Shown: positions 46,691-56,586 of the stretch, piece by piece
How the letters are laid out: every line of letters starts with the position of its first letter
Position numbering within the stretch: position 1 is the stretch's first letter
Source of the DNA: a virus
Direction: 5' to 3' (one strand)
DNA length: 64,000 nucleotides
Virus record (IMG/VR): IMGVR_UViG_3300031576_001126
Span: 76,189 to 140,188 of that record
The notes under the pieces: generated by a model
Database searches by the model: none
The model's input: only the letters and a program-made list of their open reading frames with translations
Told to the model about the DNA's origin: nothing
Translations under genes and position numbers: made by a program

Positions 46691-47854
46691 ATGAAGAATG
46701 AAACAAAAACGATTGAGCATAATGATGAAAATTTAGCAGAAAAGGATACAGTAAGAGAAATTTCTCTTGAAAATGTCATAGATGATGTTAGTAAAACCAA
46801 TAACATTCCTAAAGACAAATTAAAGAGAAATGTTGAAGAGTGGATTGTTGCCCTTATGAACAAGGGTGTTGTTGTCTCTTTGGAAATTAAAAGATGGAGA
46901 GCCAATTCAAAGGTTTCACCGGATGAGGTTGGTATTGATGATTCGAAACCAGAATATTCCGAGTATAAAGAAAAATACCTGACCCTGGGAAACAAAAAAC
47001 TTTTACCTAAAAGGGTATTAAAGGAAATAGCCTCAATAGAAAATCGTGCAAGAAAAAACCTTGAAGACCATTCGATTGAGACTGTATGGGGAAGATTTAT
47101 TCCACACACATCGTTCAAGGAATGGAAAGATAACAATGATGGAATTAGGGCCGAATTTTTCAACAAGGCTAATGAGATTGCCACGAATTGGTTGCCTCTT
47201 GGCGAGGAAGTTATTAATGATTATGAAAATTTTATATCTTCTAATTACGAAGATAAAACAAAACATAAAGAAGAGATAGAAGAAACAAAAAGAGGTCTTG
47301 TTGAAGATTTGAAAAGAGAAATGATTACACCAGAACATTTTGTTTTCACATTTGATTATGAAGTTTTTTTCACCTATATTCCTTTACCATCTGTAATTCA
47401 AAAAGATTTACTAGAACAAGAAAAACTGCGGCTGGAACAAGAACAATTGACTAGCGAAGCTGAAATGAATGAAAGAGTTCGAGAAGAAATTCTTAAAAAG
47501 AAATCCGAGCATATTGACGAATTTCTACAAGCTACAGCAGGAGCTATTGGCGAATCCACTAAGAGAATTTTGGATGAGGTTCGCATAGCAATTGGTGAAA
47601 ACGGAGAGAAAGAAGTAAGTCCAAGCATTAAGAAAAAATTATTGAAATTGATTAAAACAGTAAGAAGTTTGGATTTTTTTCAAGAAGACAACACAGTTAA
47701 CGCATTAAACAAACTTGAAGTCGATTTAAATTCAACAAAAGAAGAGAAAAAAACATTCAACAGCATAAAGGAAAGTGTTGATGCTTTTGAAAAATCAGCC
47801 AAATCTATGTTTAATGAATGGATTTATGGCAGGATCAATATGATTGAGATATAA
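46691..47854 (+). CDS. DUF3150-like coiled-coil phage protein
   Basis: LGNKKLLP...IENRARKNL...WGRFIP pattern; GAGGAG RBS. Confidence 0.5.
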   Translation: MKNETKTIEHNDENLAEKDTVREISLENVIDDVSKTNNIPKDKLKRNVEEWIVALMNKGVVVSLEIKRWRANSKVSPDEVGIDDSKPEYSEYKEKYLTLGNKKLLPKRVLKEIASIENRARKNLEDHSIETVWGRFIPHTSFKEWKDNNDGIRAEFFNKANEIATNWLPLGEEVINDYENFISSNYEDKTKHKEEIEETKRGLVEDLKREMITPEHFVFTFDYEVFFTYIPLPSVIQKDLLEQEKLRLEQEQLTSEAEMNERVREEILKKKSEHIDEFLQATAGAIGESTKRILDEVRIAIGENGEKEVSPSIKKKLLKLIKTVRSLDFFQEDNTVNALNKLEVDLNSTKEEKKTFNSIKESVDAFEKSAKSMFNEWIYGRINMIEI

Positions 47855-47868
47855 CCGAGGCTGGACTT

Positions 47869-49032
47869 ATGCGGGCTCGCATTAAAACCGAAGGTGTAGA
47901 TTCCAGTGTTTCTATTGATATTATCTCTCCAATATCCCTAGATCCTTCTCGTGGTTTTGTTAAAAGATTAATTGGTCACAACAACGGAGAATATTGCGCC
48001 TTTCTTTTAAAGAATATAGAAAATTTTATGGGGGAATTGAGTCCTTCTAAATCTTCTGAAATCTATCATTCTTCTCCTGTGTTTAGAGGCAGGGTAACAA
48101 AATATCATTCTGAAGAAATGTTGGGATATGTTTTTTATCCCGCCAATGTTCCAATAAAATTACATTTCTTGGGGGATATTTTTCAATACGATATCCATTG
48201 GTTGGAATTAAGCGAAATTAATAATTTTATGAGAGCTAATTTTAATTGTGAGATTCCCTCCTCCTCGAAAAAAAGTCGTACTTTACGATTTGCTTCTTCT
48301 CCTTCGGTAACTACCGATGTAACCATACAGCCTCAAGAATATGTTGAAACAAAATCAAACTATACAAAATATATATGTTCAATGAAGCATATAAAAGAAC
48401 AACCCAGACAATTTAAAAAACCGGAAGGTTGGGATCTTGTTCCTGAATCGTCTTCAAAAACAAAATATAAACTAGGCGGAGAAGAGAGAATCTTCTGCTT
48501 AGGTTGCGCAATGCAAAAAAAAACCAACTCAAGATACTTGATGACGGCAATTGATGCTTTTTCCCACAGTATTATAATTTCTGATTTGGATTTGGATTTT
48601 GTTCAAGGAATAAAAAAAGAATTTTACAAACACAAAGACAACTATGATACCATAGATCAGTGGTTATATGATTCAGATTTTATTTTATCTTCTTCAGGCA
48701 AAGGTTTTAATAAGAAAATAAAAATCGAACATAGTCCATCTATTTATTCAAATCTTAGTGGAGAACTTATTATTCCGAATAAAGAGTATATAGCAATTAG
48801 AGCCATGGAGGAAGATGTTTGCAGGAATCAACTTTATAACGGAAATTTTTTTAACAAAAAAATAGATAAAGAGAACATTTCGGAAGGCGATTTATGTGTT
48901 TTTGAAATTGAAAATAGAAAACTAGAATTTCGTTGCATGACAACTAACAAGCCGTACAAAACAATAATTTTAAAAGATAATCAGTTTAAGTCATATCCGG
49001 AAAATTCTATTATAAATATGCTGGAAATATAG
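47869..49032 (+). CDS. Hypothetical protein
   Basis: 387-aa ORF in the operon; C-terminus INMLEI matches that of the upstream gene. Confidence 0.7.
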   Translation: MRARIKTEGVDSSVSIDIISPISLDPSRGFVKRLIGHNNGEYCAFLLKNIENFMGELSPSKSSEIYHSSPVFRGRVTKYHSEEMLGYVFYPANVPIKLHFLGDIFQYDIHWLELSEINNFMRANFNCEIPSSSKKSRTLRFASSPSVTTDVTIQPQEYVETKSNYTKYICSMKHIKEQPRQFKKPEGWDLVPESSSKTKYKLGGEERIFCLGCAMQKKTNSRYLMTAIDAFSHSIIISDLDLDFVQGIKKEFYKHKDNYDTIDQWLYDSDFILSSSGKGFNKKIKIEHSPSIYSNLSGELIIPNKEYIAIRAMEEDVCRNQLYNGNFFNKKIDKENISEGDLCVFEIENRKLEFRCMTTNKPYKTIILKDNQFKSYPENSIINMLEI

Positions 49033-49049
49033 GTTGTGAGGAACTTGTT

Positions 49050-49574
49050 ATGGATGTAAACAAAATAGAAAATATAAATGGTGTGTTAAATTTAGTTTCA
49101 GTATCTTCAAATTTTAGCGAAGATTATTTGCCTATAAAGTTTGTTAATATTTACGATGGAAAAAATAATTCTATTTCAGAACCAGGAGCTATTATTCAGG
49201 CAATTGGTCTTTCTGAAAAGTCATATTTAAATGTGATTTTGTCGCAATCTTGTTTTTGTGATATTTTTGCTATAATAAACGAAACTTCGACTAACAAAGC
49301 CCCGGTTAGTTGTCACAGATCTTTTATGAACATTGCAAATTTTGCAGGAATAGAATACATTATGGGATGTGGGGAGAAATATGATGTTAACAATTTGTTT
49401 TTATGGTCCTCTTTGATTATAAGACATGGTAATAATTTTTTTTCGACAGAAATACCTTTCGGCGATCTTCTTTGTTTGGGAATGATGAACAGTTTGACCG
49501 TTTGTGTTAGAAAGGATATATTCAATAAACACGGCAAGGAATTTGAAGAAATGGAAATCTCCGTGAAAAAATGA
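49050..49574 (+). CDS. Divergent bifunctional-nuclease (DUF151/BFN)-like protein
   Basis: AIGLSE, PVSCH and EIPFGDLLCLG...VCVRKDIF line up with the DUF151 motifs IGxxEA, RPxTHD and DxRPSDAIALA...IYV, with several positions degenerate. Confidence 0.55.
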   Translation: MDVNKIENINGVLNLVSVSSNFSEDYLPIKFVNIYDGKNNSISEPGAIIQAIGLSEKSYLNVILSQSCFCDIFAIINETSTNKAPVSCHRSFMNIANFAGIEYIMGCGEKYDVNNLFLWSSLIIRHGNNFFSTEIPFGDLLCLGMMNSLTVCVRKDIFNKHGKEFEEMEISVKK

Positions 49575-50230
49575 AAAGATTTAAAAACACACAAAAAAAA
49601 ATTCAAAAAAATGATCAAGGGAATGATCAAGGAAATGAAAAAGAAATCGAAATAGACGAGTCTACTTTTTTTGATTTTATAAACACATTTTCTTCGGCAG
49701 AGACTAGGGCAGTTTACTTGGTTGGTGATATTGATGAAATAAACATATTCTCATTGATAAGGCAAATTCATGCTCTTGAGAAAAAAACACCAAAATTAGA
49801 TATCACAATCTATATTAACAGCGACGGGGGCGTTGTTCACGATTGTTTGGCTTTAATTGACGTTATGAATAGTTCTCCTTGTGATATTGTGACATATACT
49901 CTTGGAAGAGCAGCAAGCGCAGCTTGCCTTATTGCTTCAAACGGAACCCCTGGAAAACGATATGCTGGCAAAAATGCAGAATTTATGTTTCATGAAATTT
50001 ATGGAGATGTTTCGGCTTTAAAATATTCAGACATTCCATATTATAAAGAAATGTTCAAAAGACAAACAAAAACCATAAGCAGAATATTTTCAAGAAATAC
50101 AGGCAAATCTCAGAAAGAGATCAAAGCCACATTTATGAAAGATAATTTGGATAAGTGGATGAGTGCGATGGAAGCCAAAAAATTTGGAATTGTAGACAAA
50201 GTTATTGTCGGGAAAAGAAAAGTTGGTTGA
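49571..50230 (+). CDS. clpP: ClpP protease subunit
   Basis: IYINSDGG, GRAASAA (Ser), FMFHE (His), DKWMSAMEAKKFGIVD (Asp). Confidence 0.9.
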   Translation: MKRFKNTQKKIQKNDQGNDQGNEKEIEIDESTFFDFINTFSSAETRAVYLVGDIDEINIFSLIRQIHALEKKTPKLDITIYINSDGGVVHDCLALIDVMNSSPCDIVTYTLGRAASAACLIASNGTPGKRYAGKNAEFMFHEIYGDVSALKYSDIPYYKEMFKRQTKTISRIFSRNTGKSQKEIKATFMKDNLDKWMSAMEAKKFGIVDKVIVGKRKVG

Positions 50231-50254
50231 AATAATAAAAAACTAGGAATTCTA

Positions 50255-51619
50255 ATGTCTGATTTTGTTCATCTTCATTGTCATTCGGATTATTCTCTTT
50301 ATGACGGCTTTCAAACGGTTCCTAGCATGGTTGCCAAAGCTAAAGAGCTCGGTATGCCTGGAATTGCATTGACTGATCATGGAAAACTTGGAGGATTAAT
50401 AAAATTAAGTAAATCATGTAAAAAACACGGAATAAAAGGCGTTCCTGGTATAGAGTTTTATATTCAAGATGATTTGGAAGACCATAAGGGGAAAAGGCAC
50501 CATTTAACTGTTTTAGCTAAAAATAATATTGGATTAAAAAACTTATATAAACTCGCTACAATATCTTCTGAAAATGTTTATCGTGGATTTCCAAGAATTA
50601 ATTGGGAAATTCTTAAAAATCATGCCGAAGGACTTATTGTTTTTTCAGGATGTATTGTTGGAAAATTCGCATCTCTTATTGTTTCTGAAAAAATTGATGA
50701 AGCAAAAACGTTAGCCAAATTTTGCAAATACATTTGGGGAGATGATTATTATATCGAAGTTATGTGGACGGGTTACGAGCCACAAAAACTTATTTTAAAA
50801 CACGGAGTAGAGATAGCTAAAGCATTAGGAATAAAAATAGTGGCCAGCAACGATACCCATTATACAGAAAAATCAGACGGCGAATCTCAAAGAATAAAAA
50901 TAGCTATTTCAAGGAATGGGCCTCTTGAAAAAAACGATTATTTGATTCACCATATGTACATGAAAACATACGATGAAATGTTAAAAACATTAGGGAGTTC
51001 TAGAGCAAGCTTTTTACACACTTCTATTGAGATTCTAGCAAAATGCGAAGCTGAAATAAAACTTGGACAAGCCAAATTACCAGTATTTGAAATTCCCACA
51101 GATAATGAAGCATTTAATTTGTATAAAAATACTCTTAATGAACTAACTCCGGTTTCTGAAGCCTATCTTTCTTACTTGGCTTGCGAAGGATTAAAGAAAA
51201 GAAATTTATGGGACAAATCCAACTATAGAGAAAGATTGGAAAAAGAATTAGAAACAATTAAATTTACAGGTTTTAGCACATACTTTTTAATTGTTGAAAA
51301 TTATATTTCCGCAGCAAGGAAGATGCCTTCTCCAGTCGACTCGACTTGCTGTTTGAGAATTGGTTGTGCGAGAGGTTCGGGTGCCGGAAGTCTCGTTCTT
51401 TACAGTTTGGGCGTGACAAACATAGACCCTATAAAGTATGATTTAAGCATGGATCGTTTTCTTTTTGCGGAAGCGAATTATAGAGCCAGATTGTCTGATT
51501 TTTTTGAAGAGATATCAAGCGGATTAAGTGATGACATAAATAAAAATATCCAACTAATAGAGGATTCTTCAAACTTAAAAAGTTGTAAAGAAGATAATTT
51601 ATGCGTCAACGGAGTCTGA
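50255..51619 (+). CDS. dnaE: DNA polymerase III alpha, N-terminal part (PHP domain plus start of palm)
   Basis: FVHLHCHSDYSLYDG, LTDHG, GIEFY, SGC, NDTHY, RGSGAGSLVLYSLGVTNIDPIKYDL..DRFL; ends before the PDID motif. Confidence 0.92.
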   Translation: MSDFVHLHCHSDYSLYDGFQTVPSMVAKAKELGMPGIALTDHGKLGGLIKLSKSCKKHGIKGVPGIEFYIQDDLEDHKGKRHHLTVLAKNNIGLKNLYKLATISSENVYRGFPRINWEILKNHAEGLIVFSGCIVGKFASLIVSEKIDEAKTLAKFCKYIWGDDYYIEVMWTGYEPQKLILKHGVEIAKALGIKIVASNDTHYTEKSDGESQRIKIAISRNGPLEKNDYLIHHMYMKTYDEMLKTLGSSRASFLHTSIEILAKCEAEIKLGQAKLPVFEIPTDNEAFNLYKNTLNELTPVSEAYLSYLACEGLKKRNLWDKSNYRERLEKELETIKFTGFSTYFLIVENYISAARKMPSPVDSTCCLRIGCARGSGAGSLVLYSLGVTNIDPIKYDLSMDRFLFAEANYRARLSDFFEEISSGLSDDINKNIQLIEDSSNLKSCKEDNLCVNGV

Positions 51620-51621
51620 AT

Positions 51622-52194
51622 ATGACAGAAATTATAAACAATTTAAAAGATTCAAGATGTTATATGTCTTTTCCCATAGAGTTTGCTGGAGATGATGCTC
51701 CGAAAATAACTTCCTATAAAGAAAACATAATTGTGTTCCTTAAAAGCAAAAATGTTAAAGTTTTTGATCCTAAAAAAATATCATTCAGGGGAATAACTGA
51801 AATAATTGATAGGAAGAAATTGTTTGAAGAAGAAAATTACGAAGAACTTGTTAGACAAATGAAGATTATAGTAAGAAAAGATTTGCGTTGTGTGGATCTT
51901 TCTGATTTTACAATTGCTATTTTGCCTAAAGATGTTAAAACAACAGGAACTATTCATGAAATCATAGAGGCCGATAGACAAAAAAAACCCGTCTTAATTT
52001 ATTGTCCTCATGGTTTGAGATATATCCCTGCGTGGCTATTCGGTATTATTCCATTAAGATTTATGTTTAAATCTCTTAACGAGTTAATTAATTATCTAAA
52101 CTATATAGACACATATGATGATTTTCACGAGTTATCCGATGACAGATGGCAATTTTTGTCTCTTGGAACATTGGATAAAGAAGGAGTGTTTTGA
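51622..52194 (+). CDS. Nucleoside 2-deoxyribosyltransferase-like protein
   Basis: YMSFPI, DLRCVDLSD, TGTIHEI...KKPV. ATG at 51622 with GGAG upstream. Confidence 0.7.
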   Translation: MTEIINNLKDSRCYMSFPIEFAGDDAPKITSYKENIIVFLKSKNVKVFDPKKISFRGITEIIDRKKLFEEENYEELVRQMKIIVRKDLRCVDLSDFTIAILPKDVKTTGTIHEIIEADRQKKPVLIYCPHGLRYIPAWLFGIIPLRFMFKSLNELINYLNYIDTYDDFHELSDDRWQFLSLGTLDKEGVF

Positions 52195-52682
52195 TGTTAA
52201 TTGAAATAAAAGGCGATATTACAGAATTAGATGATGTAAAATATATTTGTCATCAATGTAATTGTGTGTCAACTGGAAAGTCTGCCGGATTGGCGAAATT
52301 TATCTTTGATAAATTTCCTTATGCTAATACATATAGGAAGCGGGATCCAGAAAATGCTAGAACCCGTTCAAAACCAGGAACTATAGAAATTATGGGAGAT
52401 GGAAGCAAATTCAAAAGATATGTTATTAATTTATATGCACAGTATTATCCAGGCTTGCCTCAATATGAAACAGATTCTGTTACAAAAAGAGAAGAATGGA
52501 TGAAGCAATGTTTGGCTCAAATTTATAATATGAGGGATAAATTAGAATCTATAGCTTTTCCTAAAAAGATAGGCTGTGCCATTGCCGGTGGTAATTGGGA
52601 CCATTATTATGGTTTTATTAAAAAGTTGGCATTGCATATACCAAAAGCAAAAGTATATATTGTCGACTTCAACAAGGAGTAA
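52191..52682 (+). CDS. Macrodomain protein (TARG1/DarG/Poa1-like ADP-ribose glycohydrolase)
   Basis: IKGDI, ICHQCNC, AGLAK, NLYAQY, AFPKKIGCAIAGGNW. Confidence 0.85.
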   Translation: MMLIEIKGDITELDDVKYICHQCNCVSTGKSAGLAKFIFDKFPYANTYRKRDPENARTRSKPGTIEIMGDGSKFKRYVINLYAQYYPGLPQYETDSVTKREEWMKQCLAQIYNMRDKLESIAFPKKIGCAIAGGNWDHYYGFIKKLALHIPKAKVYIVDFNKE

Positions 52683-52686
52683 ATTT

Positions 52687-52893
52687 ATGAAGGCAACAAT
52701 TAAAGGCGAATCTATTTTGCCAGATCCAAAGAAACTAGAAATTCTGGCTGATTGGTTTGATAATGTTTATCCCGGTTTGAGAAAATACGACGGATCAACA
52801 TTGCCCTTGACGAGCGATGAAGTTCAGCAAGATTTACGTCGCTGGGCTTCCGATATCAAAACTGTGGACTGTTGTATCTTAAAAAAAACATAA
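52687..52893 (+). CDS. Small hypothetical protein (68 aa)
   Basis: ATG at 52687 preceded by AAGGAG; LEILADWFD...EVQQDLRRWA. Confidence 0.65.
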   Translation: MKATIKGESILPDPKKLEILADWFDNVYPGLRKYDGSTLPLTSDEVQQDLRRWASDIKTVDCCILKKT

Positions 52894-52951
52894 TAAAAAT
52901 ATTTTTAAAGCAAATCCGATAATAAAATACAAAAAATTTTAAGGTATCTGC

Positions 52952-55099
52952 GTGATAAAAGACATAAACGAATACGATCCACAAATTCTTATTGATACAT
53001 TGAAAAACGAATCTAAGAATTTTCCCAAACTATCTCAAGAAGAAAAAGACAGGGTGAATGAAGAATTTAGATACTTTAAAAAACGTTCTTCATTAATAAA
53101 AGATGCTCTTGTTTTTTTCAAAATCAGAGATAAAATTGGAAGAGGAAAATTAAACAAACCGAATTCAATTATATTTTATTTGCTTGGAATTACAGAAAAA
53201 AAACCAGATTTGAATCATTGGATTCAATTTGATTATGAACTAGACAAGGAATCTTCTAGACAAAGCCCACCTGATATTGATGTTGATTTTGAGCACAGAG
53301 ATTCCATTTTAAATTATCTCTGTGATAAGTACGGGAAAGAACATGTGTCTCTTATCGGAACATCGATTGGCTACAAACCAAAAGCCGCTATTCAAATGGC
53401 GGCAAAAGCTTTGGATGTGACAAGAACCCAAAGAGAGGGCGAAAGAAGATTTTCTCAAGAAAACGACAAAGAAGCCAAAAGAATATCAAAATTAATTCCC
53501 AATACCGCTGTAAATATTTCCATAGCCCAGTGGATGGGGGAAGATGAGAATTTTGAACCCGCCAATTCTAATATGGCCGATGTTATGAAACTTTTAAAAC
53601 CTGAGATTGCAAAATATCCAGAAGTATTTAGACATGCAAAAAAACTGGAAGGCAAAATAAAATCTTATGGGACTCATGCCGCTGGTGTTGTTATTTCAAG
53701 AGATCCTTTGATTCAAGATGTTCCTTTGCATTATACAAAAATGATAAAGGATTTTGATGTTGATAGTCTTGAAAGTTTAGCTGGAGAAGAACATATCTCT
53801 CTTGTTCGTTTGCCATCAACTCAATACGATATGGAAGAAGTTGAAGAACTTGGATTGCTTAAATTCGATTTTTTACAACTTGAAAACTTAAGACAAATGT
53901 CCTTAATAAAAAAAATGTCAAGAAAATCAAATTATAAAGGGAAAACAGATCTTACTTTGGTAGATGATAATCATTATTCGACATTTCCATACGAAGATAA
54001 GAAAGTTTGTATTGATAATTTGGAAACAAACGATCCAAATGTATTTAAAACTATAAAAGATCTAAAACTAGAGGGAATATTTCAACTTTCTGGCCCAGTC
54101 TTCAGAAGCGGATATCTCCGTGAAAAAAATTGGGATACTGGAGAGTTTTTATTCAATCCGGATGGAACTCCACGAATGAAATATAGAAAAGGATTGATGG
54201 AAATTATTGGTTGTGATAATTTTGAAGATATTGTTGTCGCAAATGCCATTGGTCGTCCGGGTCCTTTGAAATCAAGAGTTCATTATGAATATGTAAATAA
54301 GAAAAAGCATCCAGACTCTATCGAATATCTGCATCCAAAGCTTAAAAACATACTTGGCGTGACATATTCTTTACTTATCTACCAAGAACAGTTGATTAAA
54401 ATGTCCATGATTTTGGCCGGGTTTACTTTTGCTCAAGCTGATAAATTAAGAAAAGCTTGTGCTAAGAAAAAAAAAGAATTGCTTGATGAAATAGAGCCAA
54501 AATATCGAGAGGGCTGTAAAAAAAACAACATTCAACAAAATATTATTGATGCCTCTTGGGGTATTGCGGTAAACTTTGGGTCGTATAGCTTTAACCGATC
54601 ACATTCAGCAGCTTACGCTTTAATATCTTATCAAACAAGTTTTCTTAAAACATATTTTATAAATGAATTTATATCTGCTGTTTTATCATCTTCGGTTTCA
54701 AATGATGTAAAACTCAATTATCTTATAAAATCGTTTAAAGAAGAATATAAAGATCTAAAAATATTGTCTCCGGAAATAAATCTTAGCAAAGATACTTATT
54801 TCCCATCTGGGAATCTTTCGATTGTCGCACCGTTTTCGTCAATAAAAGGGTTGGGTGACAAAGTTTCTGTTGCTCTTGTAGAAAAACAACCGTATGCTTC
54901 TGTATATGATTTTGCGATGAAACATGCGTCCATGGGCGAGTCAACCATAAATATGTTAATCGAATTGGATGTTTTTAGAAACTTTGGAAGCAAAGAAGAG
55001 GTTTCAAAAGAGTTTAGAAATGTTCAAATAATTAAAAAGAGAGTTCTTAAAAATGTTTCTATCACAACAAAAACTCCAAAGGCAATAGACCTTTTTTAA
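52952..55099 (+). CDS. dnaE: DNA polymerase III alpha, C-terminal part (catalytic palm, thumb, fingers, HhH; no OB fold)
   Basis: PPDIDVDF, THAAGVVI, GLLKFDFL, GIFQL, RPGP, IYQEQL, YSFNRSHSAAY, SIKGLG. GTG start. Confidence 0.92.
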   Translation: MIKDINEYDPQILIDTLKNESKNFPKLSQEEKDRVNEEFRYFKKRSSLIKDALVFFKIRDKIGRGKLNKPNSIIFYLLGITEKKPDLNHWIQFDYELDKESSRQSPPDIDVDFEHRDSILNYLCDKYGKEHVSLIGTSIGYKPKAAIQMAAKALDVTRTQREGERRFSQENDKEAKRISKLIPNTAVNISIAQWMGEDENFEPANSNMADVMKLLKPEIAKYPEVFRHAKKLEGKIKSYGTHAAGVVISRDPLIQDVPLHYTKMIKDFDVDSLESLAGEEHISLVRLPSTQYDMEEVEELGLLKFDFLQLENLRQMSLIKKMSRKSNYKGKTDLTLVDDNHYSTFPYEDKKVCIDNLETNDPNVFKTIKDLKLEGIFQLSGPVFRSGYLREKNWDTGEFLFNPDGTPRMKYRKGLMEIIGCDNFEDIVVANAIGRPGPLKSRVHYEYVNKKKHPDSIEYLHPKLKNILGVTYSLLIYQEQLIKMSMILAGFTFAQADKLRKACAKKKKELLDEIEPKYREGCKKNNIQQNIIDASWGIAVNFGSYSFNRSHSAAYALISYQTSFLKTYFINEFISAVLSSSVSNDVKLNYLIKSFKEEYKDLKILSPEINLSKDTYFPSGNLSIVAPFSSIKGLGDKVSVALVEKQPYASVYDFAMKHASMGESTINMLIELDVFRNFGSKEEVSKEFRNVQIIKKRVLKNVSITTKTPKAIDLF

Positions 55100-55113
55100 A
55101 AGGATGATAAGTT

Positions 55114-55587
55114 ATGGCAAAAAAAATAACACAGGATTATGGCAATCAGCTTTCCCAGCAAATAGAAAAATCAAAAGTTGCCCAAAAAACTAATATTGCA
55201 AAGATTACTTCGTCGTATAATAGAAAAGTATCGCTTAAGGCAATCAGTTCTCAATATGACAACATTACTCAGGGAACTTTTATAACATGTTATATTACTT
55301 TTGAAAATCAAGAGGAATTTGACAAAAAAATAGCTACAATTTCAAAAAAAGCAAGAGATCTTACCGAGATTGAAATTGGAAGATCAATGATAAACTTGAT
55401 GGAGATGGCAAAAGATCCCAAAAATGAAGTAGTTCTTGGTTTGGGGTTGGGAATTGATCATCAAAAATATTTAGAATCAGAACTTGGAGATTTGTCTTCT
55501 CTCGTTTCCGAGGAAGAAAATACTAATGAAATTATTGCAAAAATAGCCAATTTTGAAGAGGTAGAAATGGATGCCATTGAGCAGTGA
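55114..55587 (+). CDS. Hypothetical protein
   Basis: AAGGA RBS; acidic tail. Confidence 0.7.
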   Translation: MAKKITQDYGNQLSQQIEKSKVAQKTNIAKITSSYNRKVSLKAISSQYDNITQGTFITCYITFENQEEFDKKIATISKKARDLTEIEIGRSMINLMEMAKDPKNEVVLGLGLGIDHQKYLESELGDLSSLVSEEENTNEIIAKIANFEEVEMDAIEQ

Positions 55588-55605
55588 AAATTTGGAGGTA
55601 TAATT

Positions 55606-55890
55606 ATGGCTCTTTATAAGAAAAAAGAAGAACTTGTCGAGGCTGTCCGGGTTGGATATCATAGTGATTATGAAATAAAAGAATTTTTAAAGCGCAACAA
55701 ATGTGGCTATTTGATTGTTAATGACAAGGAAAAAATTGGATATCAAATAGTAAAGTCTACGGGGAACATTTTTGCCAACGTGGGGGATTGGATAGTGAAG
55801 CAGCCATTGTCCAGCATATATGATCTTGGTTATTATTTGGCTGTTTTCCCAAATAAAAATTTTACCGATAAATATTTTGTCGGTAATTAA
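55606..55890 (+). CDS. Small phage-type hypothetical protein (VEA...GDWIVK...F..KY pattern)
   Basis: GGAGG RBS; motif pattern common in phage hypothetical proteins. Confidence 0.7.
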   Translation: MALYKKKEELVEAVRVGYHSDYEIKEFLKRNKCGYLIVNDKEKIGYQIVKSTGNIFANVGDWIVKQPLSSIYDLGYYLAVFPNKNFTDKYFVGN

Positions 55891-55926
55891 AAAGTATTAG
55901 AAAAAAATAAACAAATTGTTTAGCAT

Positions 55927-56586
55927 ATGACAAAAAGAGTAGAAACAGTTCTATCGTCTCAAGAACTTCTTGATAAAGAGGAAGCAAAAGACTTTAAAGT
56001 AAAGTTTATTGCTTTTAAGAATTGTGTTGATAATTCAAATTTTTTGGATTATGAAAAAACCAAAGAAGAACTTTCTAAAATGACTTTTATTTTTTCAGAG
56101 GAAAGATTTGAAAATATAGAAGCTTTTATTCCTATTCTTGACAGAATTCAAGCCCATAGAGACAGAACAGTCGCCATTTACATTCAAGCGAACGAAGAAC
56201 ATTTGTTTATTAAAGAGCACTATGATAATCTCTATAAAATATGGGTTGGGAAATATAGTGATGCGAATTCTTTGGATCGAAGAGAGGGAGAATCCGCAGA
56301 TATTCTTTATCCATTTTTAGAATGCCGAGTGCAAAGAGAAGTTTTGATTGAAGCTGCAAAACAGGTAGTATATAATTTAACCCAACAACATAATACGGTT
56401 GTTAGTAAAATAAAAACGGTTGCACAATCGTATATTGTTCATGGGGCTAAAACTGCCGATATGGCTTTTATTGATACAAAAACGTCCTTAATTAAAAAAA
56501 GGGATTCTCAAGAAAAGCATGGAATAGAAGAAAGTAACCAACCCCAACAATTGAAAACAGTTGAGTGGGAAGATGTTGGTGATTGA
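55927..56586 (+). CDS. Helical hypothetical protein (possibly a UvsY-like recombination mediator)
   Basis: Coiled-coil character, close to ssb and recA; ends WEDVGD*. Function is a guess. Confidence 0.6.
   Translation: MTKRVETVLSSQELLDKEEAKDFKVKFIAFKNCVDNSNFLDYEKTKEELSKMTFIFSEERFENIEAFIPILDRIQAHRDRTVAIYIQANEEHLFIKEHYDNLYKIWVGKYSDANSLDRREGESADILYPFLECRVQREVLIEAAKQVVYNLTQQHNTVVSKIKTVAQSYIVHGAKTADMAFIDTKTSLIKKRDSQEKHGIEESNQPQQLKTVEWEDVGD

Noticed and set aside
49610-49638. Short AATGATCAAGG repeat (NDQGNDQGNE) at the clpP N-terminus
   Set aside because: Only about 2.5 copies in a disordered leader; most likely trivial slippage.
51470-53270. Split intein or intron joining the dnaE halves
   Set aside because: No Cys/Ser-initiated intein block after the N-extein, no His-Asn/Cys junction before PDID, and the gap contains ordinary genes with their own RBSs.
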